The notes beneath the pieces were generated by a model. It had not been told where the DNA came from, made no database searches, and saw only the letters and a program-made list of their open reading frames with translations. Shown here in pieces: positions 43,731 through 52,203 of a DNA stretch of 52,203 bases. The position numbers were made by a program, and so were the translations under genes. Origin of the DNA: Kiritimatiellia bacterium (GTDB taxonomy: Bacteria > Verrucomicrobiota > Kiritimatiellia > UBA8416 > JAIOPI01); assembly GCA_047615735.1 (NCBI GenBank), contig JBLHHU010000001.1:1-52203 (forward strand). Direction: 5' to 3'. Position 1 is the stretch's first letter; every line of letters begins with the position of its first letter.

Positions 43731-45305
43731 CTAATTCTGGGCCCAAGGAAGACCATTCCACCATATAGCGCCGCCATGATTCTCTTGTGGTGTCCCAGGG
43801 GTCGAGCGACCTTTTTCAATATATCCCCGAAGTGTAGCGGTCAGGTCTTTGACAGTCTCGGGATGGTCCGTGACCAGATTGTTTGTCTCCTTGGGATCTA
43901 CAGAAAGGTCATAGAGCTGTCGTTTTGGAAAGCCCTGCTTTAGTGCCGCGCCATCCTTCGGATCGCTCCACCCCCCAGACCCAGCTGAATACTGGAGCTT
44001 CCATTTGCCTTTACGCACAACAAAAACGCCGGAGACAGAATGGCAAATCACAGCCTCATGCAGAGGGACGTTTGTGTCCTCTTCGTTTAATGCAGGCATC
44101 AGACTCACGCTGTCTTCTGCGGATGTATCAGGAAGCCGAACGCCTACGGCATCGGCGCAGGTCGCCATGATATCCACCAATGAAATGGTTTGGTCTGATT
44201 TGCTGCCGGGCTTAATGTGTCCAGGCCAACGCACGATAAACGGGACACGATGCCCGCCTTCAAACGCATCGGCTTTCATGCCGCGCCAGTGATTCTGCAA
44301 ATCCGTCTCTTTCTCCCTGAGTTGATTGAAGTTGCACTTGGGGGACGTTCCGTTGTCTGAGGTAAAGATCAGCAGCGTGTTGTCAGCAATACCCTGATCT
44401 TGCAGGGCCTTCATGATCTGTCCGACACACCAGTCGGTCTGCATGAGCAAGTCGGCGTAGCGGTTGATCTCGCTTTTCCCCTGGAACGCTTTCGAGGGAG
44501 CAATCGGGGTGTGCGGGGACGTCAGAGGAAAATAGAGGAAAAAGGGCTTCTTCTTTCCCGCGTGCTGATGAATGTATTCGACGCTCTTCTGGGTGATGCG
44601 GGGCAATACAGCCTCAAGCTCCCACCCCTCCACGCCAATTCCCCCGCCGGAGTGGTAGTGAGAAGCGAAAGAAAGCTGTGTATTTGGCACGCCCAGCATG
44701 TTGCCGTTTTCAATCCAGACAAAAGGCTGCCAATTCGGGACATCATCACCGAAAGCGTAATCGAACCCACAGCCGGCAGGACCTCCTTCGACTTTTCCAT
44801 GAAAATCAATTTCTTTCATATGGGTGGTGAAGCCACCACCTTTCTTAGGCCAGTTCCATCCCAGATGCCACTTACCGATACAGGCCGTATGGTATCCATA
44901 TGACTTGAGCATGCTTGGCAAAGTTAGGCGACCGTCTTCAATCAGCGGAGGCTTCCATTGTCCTACAATTCCTCGTTTAAGACTGCTTCGCCAGGAATAC
45001 CTACCCGTCAACACGCCATAGCGCGTTGGCGAACAGACGGATGAACCGGAGTGGGCATCCGTAAAATGCATTCCCTGTCCGAGCAACGCGTCTAGGTGAG
45101 GCGTGGGAATCCCTGATTTGTCATTGAGGGCTTGCACCGAATCGATTCCCATGTCGTCCGCGAGAATCAGAACAATATTTGGATTCGACAAGCTCACCAC
45201 AGGTGGCTTACGCGTAGATTTTTCCGGAGCGGCTGTAACACCATGGGTCAGCATGCATACGACTACCGCAACACATTTTACTTTTAGAAACACGAGTCGT
45301 TTCAT
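43731..45305 (-). CDS. Sulfatase (arylsulfatase A family)
   Basis: Signal peptide, PNIVLILADDMG and formylglycine motif CSPTRYGVLTGRY. Confidence 0.92.
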   Translation of the reverse strand: MKRLVFLKVKCVAVVVCMLTHGVTAAPEKSTRKPPVVSLSNPNIVLILADDMGIDSVQALNDKSGIPTPHLDALLGQGMHFTDAHSGSSVCSPTRYGVLTGRYSWRSSLKRGIVGQWKPPLIEDGRLTLPSMLKSYGYHTACIGKWHLGWNWPKKGGGFTTHMKEIDFHGKVEGGPAGCGFDYAFGDDVPNWQPFVWIENGNMLGVPNTQLSFASHYHSGGGIGVEGWELEAVLPRITQKSVEYIHQHAGKKKPFFLYFPLTSPHTPIAPSKAFQGKSEINRYADLLMQTDWCVGQIMKALQDQGIADNTLLIFTSDNGTSPKCNFNQLREKETDLQNHWRGMKADAFEGGHRVPFIVRWPGHIKPGSKSDQTISLVDIMATCADAVGVRLPDTSAEDSVSLMPALNEEDTNVPLHEAVICHSVSGVFVVRKGKWKLQYSAGSGGWSDPKDGAALKQGFPKRQLYDLSVDPKETNNLVTDHPETVKDLTATLRGYIEKGRSTPGTPQENHGGAIWWNGLPWAQN

Positions 45306-45365
45306 TCTATTTCCCTATGTTTGAAGTCTTGGTTCAAAGACTTATCCTATTTCGCTCTTCACTTC

Positions 45366-45465
45366 TTTTTTGACAGGATTAACAAGATTTACAGGATGTT
45401 GTTCAGAAAACCCTGTTCGGTCACTACCGATTCAATCCTGCTTATCCTGTAAATCCCGTCAAAAA
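45366..45465. repeat. Imperfect ~30-bp inverted repeat built from ACAGGAT words
   Basis: TTTTTGACAGGATTAACAAGATTTACAGGAT (45366-45397) versus ATCCTGCTTATCCTGTAAATCCCGTCAAAAA (45435-45465). ATTTACAGGAT/ATCCTGTAAAT pair perfectly. Lies just downstream of the SGNH gene stop. Confidence 0.75.
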
Positions 45466-45493
45466 CAGTCCTGTTAGTACCATGTTCTTCTGT

Positions 45494-46288
45494 TCATTCC
45501 TGCGGCCAGCGCGCGCAAACTTGCTGCAGCCAGTGCCGGGCGATCAATTCATGCCCCTGCGGGAGGGGGTGAACGCCATCCCACATCCAGTGCCCGGGCG
45601 TCACCGCCTTGGCGGCTTCATCGAAAATGTCCTGGGTCTTGATGTGCACGGCGTCGTATTCCTTGGCCAGCTTGGCGACGACCACGCGCAGCTTGTCCGT
45701 GGCGTCGCGACGAAACGCATAAGCCCGTTTGTCGGTCAGCCCCCCGGTCGGCAGCACAAAGGGATCCAGCAGCACCAGCCGCAACTCAGGATTGGCCTTT
45801 CGGCTGGCATCCAGAATGAAACGATAGTCGGCTTCAAAAGCGGCAGGCGTGACGCTGTGTTCAGGGTTCCTTAAGCCCTGCCCCGCATCATTGGTTCCAA
45901 CAAGAATACTCAGGAGGTCAGGTTTCATGTCAATGGCATCGGCTTGCCAACGCTTACGGAGCTGCGCAACCGCATTTCCGCTGTGACCGCGATTATAAAA
46001 ATCCAGCTTCGCTTCGGGCATCTCGACACCCAACCGCGCTGCGAGCAGATACACGTAACTGTGGCCAAGGTAGTGATTACGATCACTCTCCTTACGTCCC
46101 CATTTCATATCGGTAATCGAGTCCCCTTGAAACAGCAGGCGACTGCCTGTCTTGAAGGCAGGTAAGCGGTATTCGTACCCACCGAACCCAGGTGCGCTGA
46201 CTGGGGACGGATCTGCTTCAGCTGAAATCGAAAGCATGAATGCCCCAACCGCCAGGAAGCTCATCATCATTGTGCGTCGATTTTTCAT
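45494..46288 (-). CDS. SGNH/GDSL hydrolase (esterase)
   Basis: The ATG at 46288 is preceded by AAAGGA. Signal peptide, block I LLFQGDSITD and block V DGVHP. Confidence 0.88.
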   Translation of the reverse strand: MKNRRTMMMSFLAVGAFMLSISAEADPSPVSAPGFGGYEYRLPAFKTGSRLLFQGDSITDMKWGRKESDRNHYLGHSYVYLLAARLGVEMPEAKLDFYNRGHSGNAVAQLRKRWQADAIDMKPDLLSILVGTNDAGQGLRNPEHSVTPAAFEADYRFILDASRKANPELRLVLLDPFVLPTGGLTDKRAYAFRRDATDKLRVVVAKLAKEYDAVHIKTQDIFDEAAKAVTPGHWMWDGVHPLPQGHELIARHWLQQVCARWPQE

Positions 46289-46328
46289 TATGTAATCCTT
46301 TTGAAAATCCCAATTCACGCGCCCCTGC

Positions 46329-49244
46329 CTATTCTACCGAACTTATAGGGAGCTTGTTTTCAGCGGCCGATGCTTCCTGCGAGCTTACTGCACTTGGCGT
46401 GATGTTAGCGAGAGCGGCTTCGATCGTTGTGGCTACGAGTCTTGCTTGAAGGGTCTTTCCTTCATCGCCGTAGTGGACGTTGTCAGGCCCCCGCTGATAC
46501 TGGGCCCGGTTTCCAGCAAATGGTGTGTAGAGGTCATTGATGTCTACGCCGTGTTTTTTCATGACGGCGAGGGCGACGTCACGAAACGCCTTTGCGCGTT
46601 CTTCCGTGATGACGATCTCCACCTTTTTCTCAGGGCCAACACAGGGCGGTGTGGTCAACGCGAAAATCAACTTGGCCTCGGTGGCCTTGATCTTGGTGAC
46701 GATTTGGTCGAGGTTGGCTGCGTATGATTCAGGGGTTGCTTTCTGCACCTGCGACCAGCCATACCAATCCCAGAGCCCGAAATTGAAGTGGATCAGGTCC
46801 CAGTCACTGTTACCGAGCCATGTGTCGATGCGCTCAACCCCAACGGCGGAATACTGGCAGTTGCCTTTGACGCGGTGGACATTCGCTTTTCCGGAAAGGA
46901 GCTTTCTGACGCCAGCCGTGTAGCCGATCGAGATTGAATCTCCGATGATCAATACTCTGGCAAGGGCGGGGTCATCTTCAGGATTCGCAAAAGGGTCCAG
47001 AAAAGGGTCACCGCTACCAGCCCTTTTCCTGTTCTGCGAAACCTTTACGCCGGCCATCAAATACGCATCGGCCCAGCTGGCATGATCGCCCCCCTTACCG
47101 TTTCCTGCATCCGTGACCACCAAGGTCAATTCCTTGGCGCCAGCCACAGACATATCGAGCGCTTCGGCCTTGTAGCCCGCGCTGCTAATTTTGCTGCTGG
47201 CGAACACCTCTTTCCCGTCCACCAGAATCTTCATTTCCAGCAGACCTTTGTGAGCATCATCCGGCCCGGGAACGACGTGGAATGCCGCAAACTGCCCGTT
47301 CAGCGGAAAGGTGATTACGGATTTCGCATGAACACCTAAACCGCGGGCGTACTTTTTGCCGCCCACGCTCAAGGGTTTGCCCTCAACGCCTTTGTCATTC
47401 AGCACGCGCCAGAAACTCTCAACATAACTCGCCGCCTCTTTGGTCAGATACGTTTTGCCATCCTTGTCGGCTTTGGGCAGGGCAGAGGTCTTGGCGTCCG
47501 GAACCGTCCACTCGAATTGGGCGAGAACCACCTTGGTGATATCCGAACCCTTGCTCGGTTTGAACGCGATGTTTTTTACGTCTGCCCAATCTGCCAACGT
47601 CGCCCCATTGGACTGCTTTAACTGTGTGGCTTTTATCGTCATGCGTTGCCACACATCTGACGCAGTAATGTCGATCTCGGTCGTAAAGCCACCGTTTACT
47701 TTGAGCGCCAGCGTTTGCGGCTGGGTGCAGTAGAACTTAAAGCTCAGGTCCGCGCCACGCGGTGCTCTCCATTTAGGATCAGAGAATTGGCCGCTACTGG
47801 TTCCACGGTGGTTGTCAATGGGACGAAACCCGCTGATCCCCCCTACCCCTTCAGCAGGCGCGGCATGGCTCCAGCGGTCAGCACCACCCGGGAGTGCATC
47901 AGACGTCGTATCCGTCGCCACCGCATTGCCAAGTTCGGAGGGGATCACCGCCTCAAAGTCAGATGACACCACGCTGTCATTGTCGTAGCGAATGTTGGCA
48001 TAGGAAAAGACGTAGTCATCGACGTTCATGACAGGCAGTTTTGCGATCCAGGTATCCCCTTTGCGCTCGGCCTTCACATCGCGCCAGTAGCGTTCAATGT
48101 TGTTGGCCGCCTTCAGGCACTGATACACATGCAGTTCTTTGATCCGCTCAGGATCCGCAGGGGTCAGGAGAAATTCCGGAACGCCTGCGGCATCGAGTTT
48201 GATCTCCGACGTCGGACGCGCCGGCCAGAAATGATCTTTCTTGAGAACGTGCTTCTCCAACCAGAGTTTGCAGTCATCGCCAAGCTTGTCTGTGTTGTGA
48301 TGCCCGCGCGCCTGTACCGCAAAATCCCACGGCACATCGGGTCTGAACATCTCGAAGGTCTGGCCCGCACGTTCGTGCCCGCCGTGATGATCATTCGAAC
48401 CGTTCAGCCACAGACTGGCAGCGGTGATATACGGCGCATGCGCCTGGGGAGCGACTGCGGAGAGAAAGAGCGCTTCACCCGGGCTTGGTGTCGGTTCAAG
48501 AGAAGGTACCTGGTACTTCCATAGCCCTCGCGTCCGATAATACTCAATCCAGCCAATACCGAAATACGCCACTGTCGCCTTAACCCGCGGATCCATTCCA
48601 AGATTCCACATAATCGTCCCACCATAGGAGAATCCCTTGGCGCCGAGGCGATCGGGGTCGACCTCTTTCTGGGCGAGCAAGTAGCTCACCACACGCCGCT
48701 GAATCGCGTTCCAGAGGTAGTGCGAGGTCTGTGTCGGGGCGGTCACGAAGCTCCCGTCAGGCATCTTCGAGTAGATCAGACTGCACCCGTACTCCTTGGC
48801 GTTCATATTACCGTGGCATAGGGAAGGCGGGTATTTGGTGTGGTGAGGTCGCTCTCTGATTCCCGAATAGTCGTGCGCCATGACCGCCCAACCGTCGTTT
48901 ACGTAGGCATTGTCGATTGCCGGTCGGCCCATCCAACCATGTACGTTCATCAGGCCCGGCGCATTCTTAGCACCCGCTTTGACCGCATACGTGCAGAAAA
49001 CACGTATCTCGGTGCCATTAACGTAGGCGCTGATATACGACTCGCGGGTATAGATCCCGGCCTCCGTTTTCTCGTCGATAATCTCCTCGTTAAAGTCTCC
49101 CGCATCCGGATCGAAATCCTTCCAGATGTCTGGCGGTGTCGGTAGCGTCGAGGTGGCGGCCGAACTTATGGCAATGCTCAACTGTGACAAACTCAGTAGC
49201 ACCAGCATGACGACACGTTGCTTTGCGCTATTCAGAACATTCAT
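46329..49244 (-). CDS. Three-module secreted carbohydrate esterase: alpha/beta-hydrolase + NPCBM-like binding module + SGNH hydrolase
   Basis: G-x-S-x-G as GFSYGG in the N-terminal part. NPCBM-like ..KYARGLGVHAKSVITF..GGDHASWADAYL. C-terminal RVLIIGDSISIGY and DNVHY. Confidence 0.82.
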   Translation of the reverse strand: MNVLNSAKQRVVMLVLLSLSQLSIAISSAATSTLPTPPDIWKDFDPDAGDFNEEIIDEKTEAGIYTRESYISAYVNGTEIRVFCTYAVKAGAKNAPGLMNVHGWMGRPAIDNAYVNDGWAVMAHDYSGIRERPHHTKYPPSLCHGNMNAKEYGCSLIYSKMPDGSFVTAPTQTSHYLWNAIQRRVVSYLLAQKEVDPDRLGAKGFSYGGTIMWNLGMDPRVKATVAYFGIGWIEYYRTRGLWKYQVPSLEPTPSPGEALFLSAVAPQAHAPYITAASLWLNGSNDHHGGHERAGQTFEMFRPDVPWDFAVQARGHHNTDKLGDDCKLWLEKHVLKKDHFWPARPTSEIKLDAAGVPEFLLTPADPERIKELHVYQCLKAANNIERYWRDVKAERKGDTWIAKLPVMNVDDYVFSYANIRYDNDSVVSSDFEAVIPSELGNAVATDTTSDALPGGADRWSHAAPAEGVGGISGFRPIDNHRGTSSGQFSDPKWRAPRGADLSFKFYCTQPQTLALKVNGGFTTEIDITASDVWQRMTIKATQLKQSNGATLADWADVKNIAFKPSKGSDITKVVLAQFEWTVPDAKTSALPKADKDGKTYLTKEAASYVESFWRVLNDKGVEGKPLSVGGKKYARGLGVHAKSVITFPLNGQFAAFHVVPGPDDAHKGLLEMKILVDGKEVFASSKISSAGYKAEALDMSVAGAKELTLVVTDAGNGKGGDHASWADAYLMAGVKVSQNRKRAGSGDPFLDPFANPEDDPALARVLIIGDSISIGYTAGVRKLLSGKANVHRVKGNCQYSAVGVERIDTWLGNSDWDLIHFNFGLWDWYGWSQVQKATPESYAANLDQIVTKIKATEAKLIFALTTPPCVGPEKKVEIVITEERAKAFRDVALAVMKKHGVDINDLYTPFAGNRAQYQRGPDNVHYGDEGKTLQARLVATTIEAALANITPSAVSSQEASAAENKLPISSVE

Positions 49245-49313
49245 TCATGTTTTCCTCGTTCAATTAGGTCGGCAAGCAGCGGATTCCCGTCCAAACGGGT
49301 ATCACGTATCTCC

Positions 49314-51536
49314 CTACCATTTCCCCAGCGGTAAACTATTCAGATCGGCAAGACTCGCTTCTGAGACCTGTCCATCAAACGCGCGAATCGCATGACGCAA
49401 ATTCCGAATCGCTACCGCATAAAGTTTATCGTCAACAGGTTCTTTGCAGGTTGCCCGAGCCGCTTTAAGTGAATTCTGCAATGCATCCGTCGGCACCCCT
49501 TTTGCCTTCAATGCTTTGCGCGCCTGGTGCCCAACCTTAATCAGAGAAAGCAACCCGGGCCGGTAAGCAAAACCATCTGCAAGAAACGTTGAAACCGGAC
49601 CGTCGATGCGGCATTCGCCCCCCACTGGCGGAACGGGTTCCGAATAGATGAGGAAGTTGTTTTCATCGACCAGACAGAAGATGCCGTGCGTCATTCCCGG
49701 AGGCGCGACCGCCTCCACGCGTCCTTCCTGCAACTGGGCTGGTGCCTTGACCCACTCCTCCAACCTCGGCGCACGGAATTTAAGTTCAGTACCACCGTTC
49801 AGGCTATACAGCAGAAAGGCCTTCTTCACCGGCGCCGTGTCCGTGGCCTTAAACGTCGCCCAGAGCCGCATTTTCTCACTACCCATACCCGTTACGACAG
49901 GAACATCCTTCTTTCCAGGAAGCGGGGTCGACGAATCTGGATTCAAATACGGCACCCGTGCATCGTGCTGCGCCATCCAGTCACTCAAGCTGGTCAAAAG
50001 TTGCTGCGTCACTTCGGGGTGTTCGTCCACAAGGTTGTTCTGCTCGCCGAGATCTTGATCAAGTTTGAACAGCTGCAGGTCCGGCGCTTCGGTCAATCCG
50101 GGCCCGGTGTTTTTCATCAGCTTCCACGGTCCTCTACGAATCACAGAGAACGATTTATTGTCGGCCGGATGATGCCAAAAGAGGGAATCCCGATCCGAAC
50201 CTTCCGTTGAATGAGCGGTCGTGGTCTCTCCTTTCAAAACAGGAAGAATGTTAGCGCCATCCAGCTCCAACGAATCGTCCGGCGCCATGCCCCCCATGGC
50301 CATGAAGGTAGGAAACAAATCCAGAAGGTGCACCGGGGTGTCGATATTCACCCGGCCGCCCGCAATGCCGGGGCCCATCACAATCATTGGGATGCGCACC
50401 CCGCCCTCGTACATCCAGGACTTGCCCTCCCGCAGCGGCGCGTTGTCGGTCACTTTTTCAAAGGTCTTTTTCCCGTCCAGCCCCTTCCACGTCGCCAGCC
50501 GCTGAGCGCCGCCATTGTCGGAACTGATGATCAAGTAAGTATTGTCGATCAACTTGTGCCCGGGATTACGCGGATCATCAATTGCCTCCAGCGTTTTAAC
50601 GACTTCCCCCACCATCCAGTCCACCGAATCCACCATGCTGGCGTAATACGGATTGTTAAGTCCGGCTGCATCAGGATCCGCAATCGAGCCGGGGTCGGTG
50701 GGAAAATCGATGCCAAGCTTCTTGCAGTAGTGTGCCAGCCGTTTGCGGTCGCGGGTCATGATCGGCCCATGCACCAGCTTAGGGCAGAAATTCAAGAAGA
50801 AGGGCTGGTCCTTGCGCCCCACCTTATTCAGCCAGCGCAATGAAATATCGGTCAGACTGTCGTAGGGACGCTCGTCCTCCAACAAGGGAAGAAACAACGG
50901 ATTGTCGAAATCTTTCAGGCGGTCCTTTGGCTGTGCAAAGATTCCCTCCTTATTGTTGATCTTCTTATCCTTGGGATCGACGATCTCCGTGTCATTGTAG
51001 ACATGCCCTTCGCCAAACGAGAAATCAAAGCCCAGCTGCAGAGGATTCGGTACCATATTCTCACCACAGACATGCCATTTGCCAACATGAGCAGTCGTAT
51101 AACCGGCTTTTTTCAAGACGCGGGGAATGATGATGCCTTTCGGGTCAAGGCGAGCCGAATAAAATGGATTCAACTCCGGACGTGATCCCCACGCCCGGGG
51201 CATCCGACTGCCTTTCACATGGTATACCCCGTTCTTAACCCCGAACTTCCCAGAGAGATAGGCAGCCCTGGAGGGTGAACAGGTCGGCGACGGCGAGTAG
51301 GCCTGCATGAATTGTATCCCCTTGGATGCCACCCGATCAATATTGGGCGTTTCATAAAACGAGTCCTCGCCATGCAGCTTCTCGTAATAGCAATTCACAT
51401 CCTGCCAACCCAGATCATCCACTAGAATGTGAACAATATTCGGCTTTGGTGCCGCTGCCGCAAAACAGGCCCCTCCAACCACACTCAACATGAAAATACA
51501 GATCAATTTCTTCATAAACATTCGTTTTCTAATCAC
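49314..51536 (-). CDS. Sulfatase with a ~250-aa C-terminal extension
   Basis: PNIVHILVDDLGWQD and formylglycine motif CSPSRAAYLSGK. GTG start at 51536, alternative ATG at 51515. Confidence 0.92.
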   Translation of the reverse strand: MIRKRMFMKKLICIFMLSVVGGACFAAAAPKPNIVHILVDDLGWQDVNCYYEKLHGEDSFYETPNIDRVASKGIQFMQAYSPSPTCSPSRAAYLSGKFGVKNGVYHVKGSRMPRAWGSRPELNPFYSARLDPKGIIIPRVLKKAGYTTAHVGKWHVCGENMVPNPLQLGFDFSFGEGHVYNDTEIVDPKDKKINNKEGIFAQPKDRLKDFDNPLFLPLLEDERPYDSLTDISLRWLNKVGRKDQPFFLNFCPKLVHGPIMTRDRKRLAHYCKKLGIDFPTDPGSIADPDAAGLNNPYYASMVDSVDWMVGEVVKTLEAIDDPRNPGHKLIDNTYLIISSDNGGAQRLATWKGLDGKKTFEKVTDNAPLREGKSWMYEGGVRIPMIVMGPGIAGGRVNIDTPVHLLDLFPTFMAMGGMAPDDSLELDGANILPVLKGETTTAHSTEGSDRDSLFWHHPADNKSFSVIRRGPWKLMKNTGPGLTEAPDLQLFKLDQDLGEQNNLVDEHPEVTQQLLTSLSDWMAQHDARVPYLNPDSSTPLPGKKDVPVVTGMGSEKMRLWATFKATDTAPVKKAFLLYSLNGGTELKFRAPRLEEWVKAPAQLQEGRVEAVAPPGMTHGIFCLVDENNFLIYSEPVPPVGGECRIDGPVSTFLADGFAYRPGLLSLIKVGHQARKALKAKGVPTDALQNSLKAARATCKEPVDDKLYAVAIRNLRHAIRAFDGQVSEASLADLNSLPLGKW

Positions 51537-51540
51537 AGCA

Positions 51541-51619
51541 TCCTGCTCCCGTTCTTAATCGTAATCGTAATCATAATCTCACCCGCGATTACGATTACGA
51601 GCAGGATTATGATTAAGAA
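51541..51619 (-). terminator. Imperfect palindrome of AATCGT/AATCAT words immediately downstream of a sulfatase stop codon (terminator-like)
   Basis: TCCTGCTC..TTCTTAATCGTAATCGTAATCATAATC is complementary, in several registers, to GATTACGATTACGAGCAGGATTATGATTAAGAA. It starts 1 nt after the stop at 51620-51622. Confidence 0.5.
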
Positions 51620-52203
51620 TTAGATACAACCGCTCCCCGGTCGCGTCGGATACCCTGGCAGCGAACGACTAAAATCTTCAATCTGACCCGTCAGCATGCG
51701 CGCCAGGTCGGATTTGTCGGCGATCAGGTTCCGCGACTGGCTCTCGTCGGTGTACGTATCGTAGAGCGCCTGCAGGCCGCTCACGGGATTGTGCAGCAGC
51801 ATGTACTCTTCGTGGCGGATGCCGAGCATGGGCCAACCGTCAACATGCTCGTCATTGCCCCGGCAATCGGCATTGCGCCATTCCCACATCATGGGCAGGC
51901 CCCGCTCAAATTCCTTGCCGTGCAGCGCGTCGAGCGCACTGACGCCATCCGGCGAAAAACGTCGTGGCATGTCGATACCCGCCGCATCCATAAAAGTCGG
52001 CGCCATATCGACGGCCGAGATCCACGTATCGTCATTCACCTGGCCAACCGGTGTGTGCCCCGGCCAGCGCACAATGAACGGCACACGGATGCCGCCATCA
52101 TAGAGCTGCCCCTTGTGACCGCGCATGTTGAACACACTGCCGTCGAATCCATGCTCCAGATTTTCGAGATTCGGACCGTTGTCGCTGGAGAAAACGATCA
52201 GCG
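51620..52203 (-). CDS. Sulfatase, C-terminal part (5' end beyond the window edge)
   Basis: The frame stays open to position 52203 (..LIVFSSDNGPNLENLEHGFDGSVFNMRGHKGQLYDGGIRVPFIVRWPG..). The track M at 52135 is an internal GTG. Confidence 0.88.
   Translation of the reverse strand, partial: LIVFSSDNGPNLENLEHGFDGSVFNMRGHKGQLYDGGIRVPFIVRWPGHTPVGQVNDDTWISAVDMAPTFMDAAGIDMPRRFSPDGVSALDALHGKEFERGLPMMWEWRNADCRGNDEHVDGWPMLGIRHEEYMLLHNPVSGLQALYDTYTDESQSRNLIADKSDLARMLTGQIEDFSRSLPGYPTRPGSGCI

Noticed and set aside
50211-50843. 210-aa plus-strand ORF inside the 740-aa sulfatase gene.
   Set aside because: It is antisense to a gene with unambiguous sulfatase motifs, and its His/Arg/Gly/Pro-rich composition is typical of a shadow ORF.

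Overview
The 52.2-kb window is about 90% coding. Its gene content suggests a PVC-superphylum-type (Kiritimatiellota/Verrucomicrobiota/Lentisphaerota-like) polysaccharide degrader. That inference rests on sulfatase density, an H-X9-DG-like tail and Tat-exported Gfo/Idh/MocA; no rRNA or tRNA is present to confirm it.

Layout:
(1) 1-14.7 kb is an accessory-looking block. It holds a tightly packed operon of three giant secreted proteins (1909, 1047 and 1128 aa) whose only recognisable motifs are structural or adhesive. The operon is preceded by a 13-bp x4 tandem repeat, bracketed by a 134-bp direct repeat (1-134 and 13400-13534), and followed by a ~350-bp nested palindromic element and a decayed IS3-family insertion sequence.
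(2) 14.9-27.3 kb is housekeeping: M20 peptidase, mutS, rsmA, a SurA-like PPIase, a TrmH-family methyltransferase, purN, a GltD-like oxidoreductase, an aminotransferase and a Rieske protein.
(3) 27.7-31.6 kb is a heme A / copper-delivery operon (ctaA, ctaB, SCO1, DUF420) with no oxidase subunits in view.
(4) 31.9-36.0 kb holds a GbsR-type regulator with two matching palindromic operator candidates, a DUF393-MBOAT fusion, a YfcH-like epimerase and a solenoid-repeat secreted protein.
(5) 36.1-52.2 kb is a sulfated-fucoside-type utilisation cluster: GH95, a LacI regulator, a Tat Gfo/Idh/MocA (GH109-like) enzyme, three sulfatases, SGNH esterases and a 971-aa three-module esterase with an NPCBM module.

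Intergenic regions hold several families of palindromic interspersed repeats, including a perfect 52-bp inverted repeat. The most interesting candidate for an undescribed system is the three-gene giant-protein operon together with its repeat/IS bracketing. All coordinates and motifs were read by eye from the sequence and the ORF track; no database search was possible.
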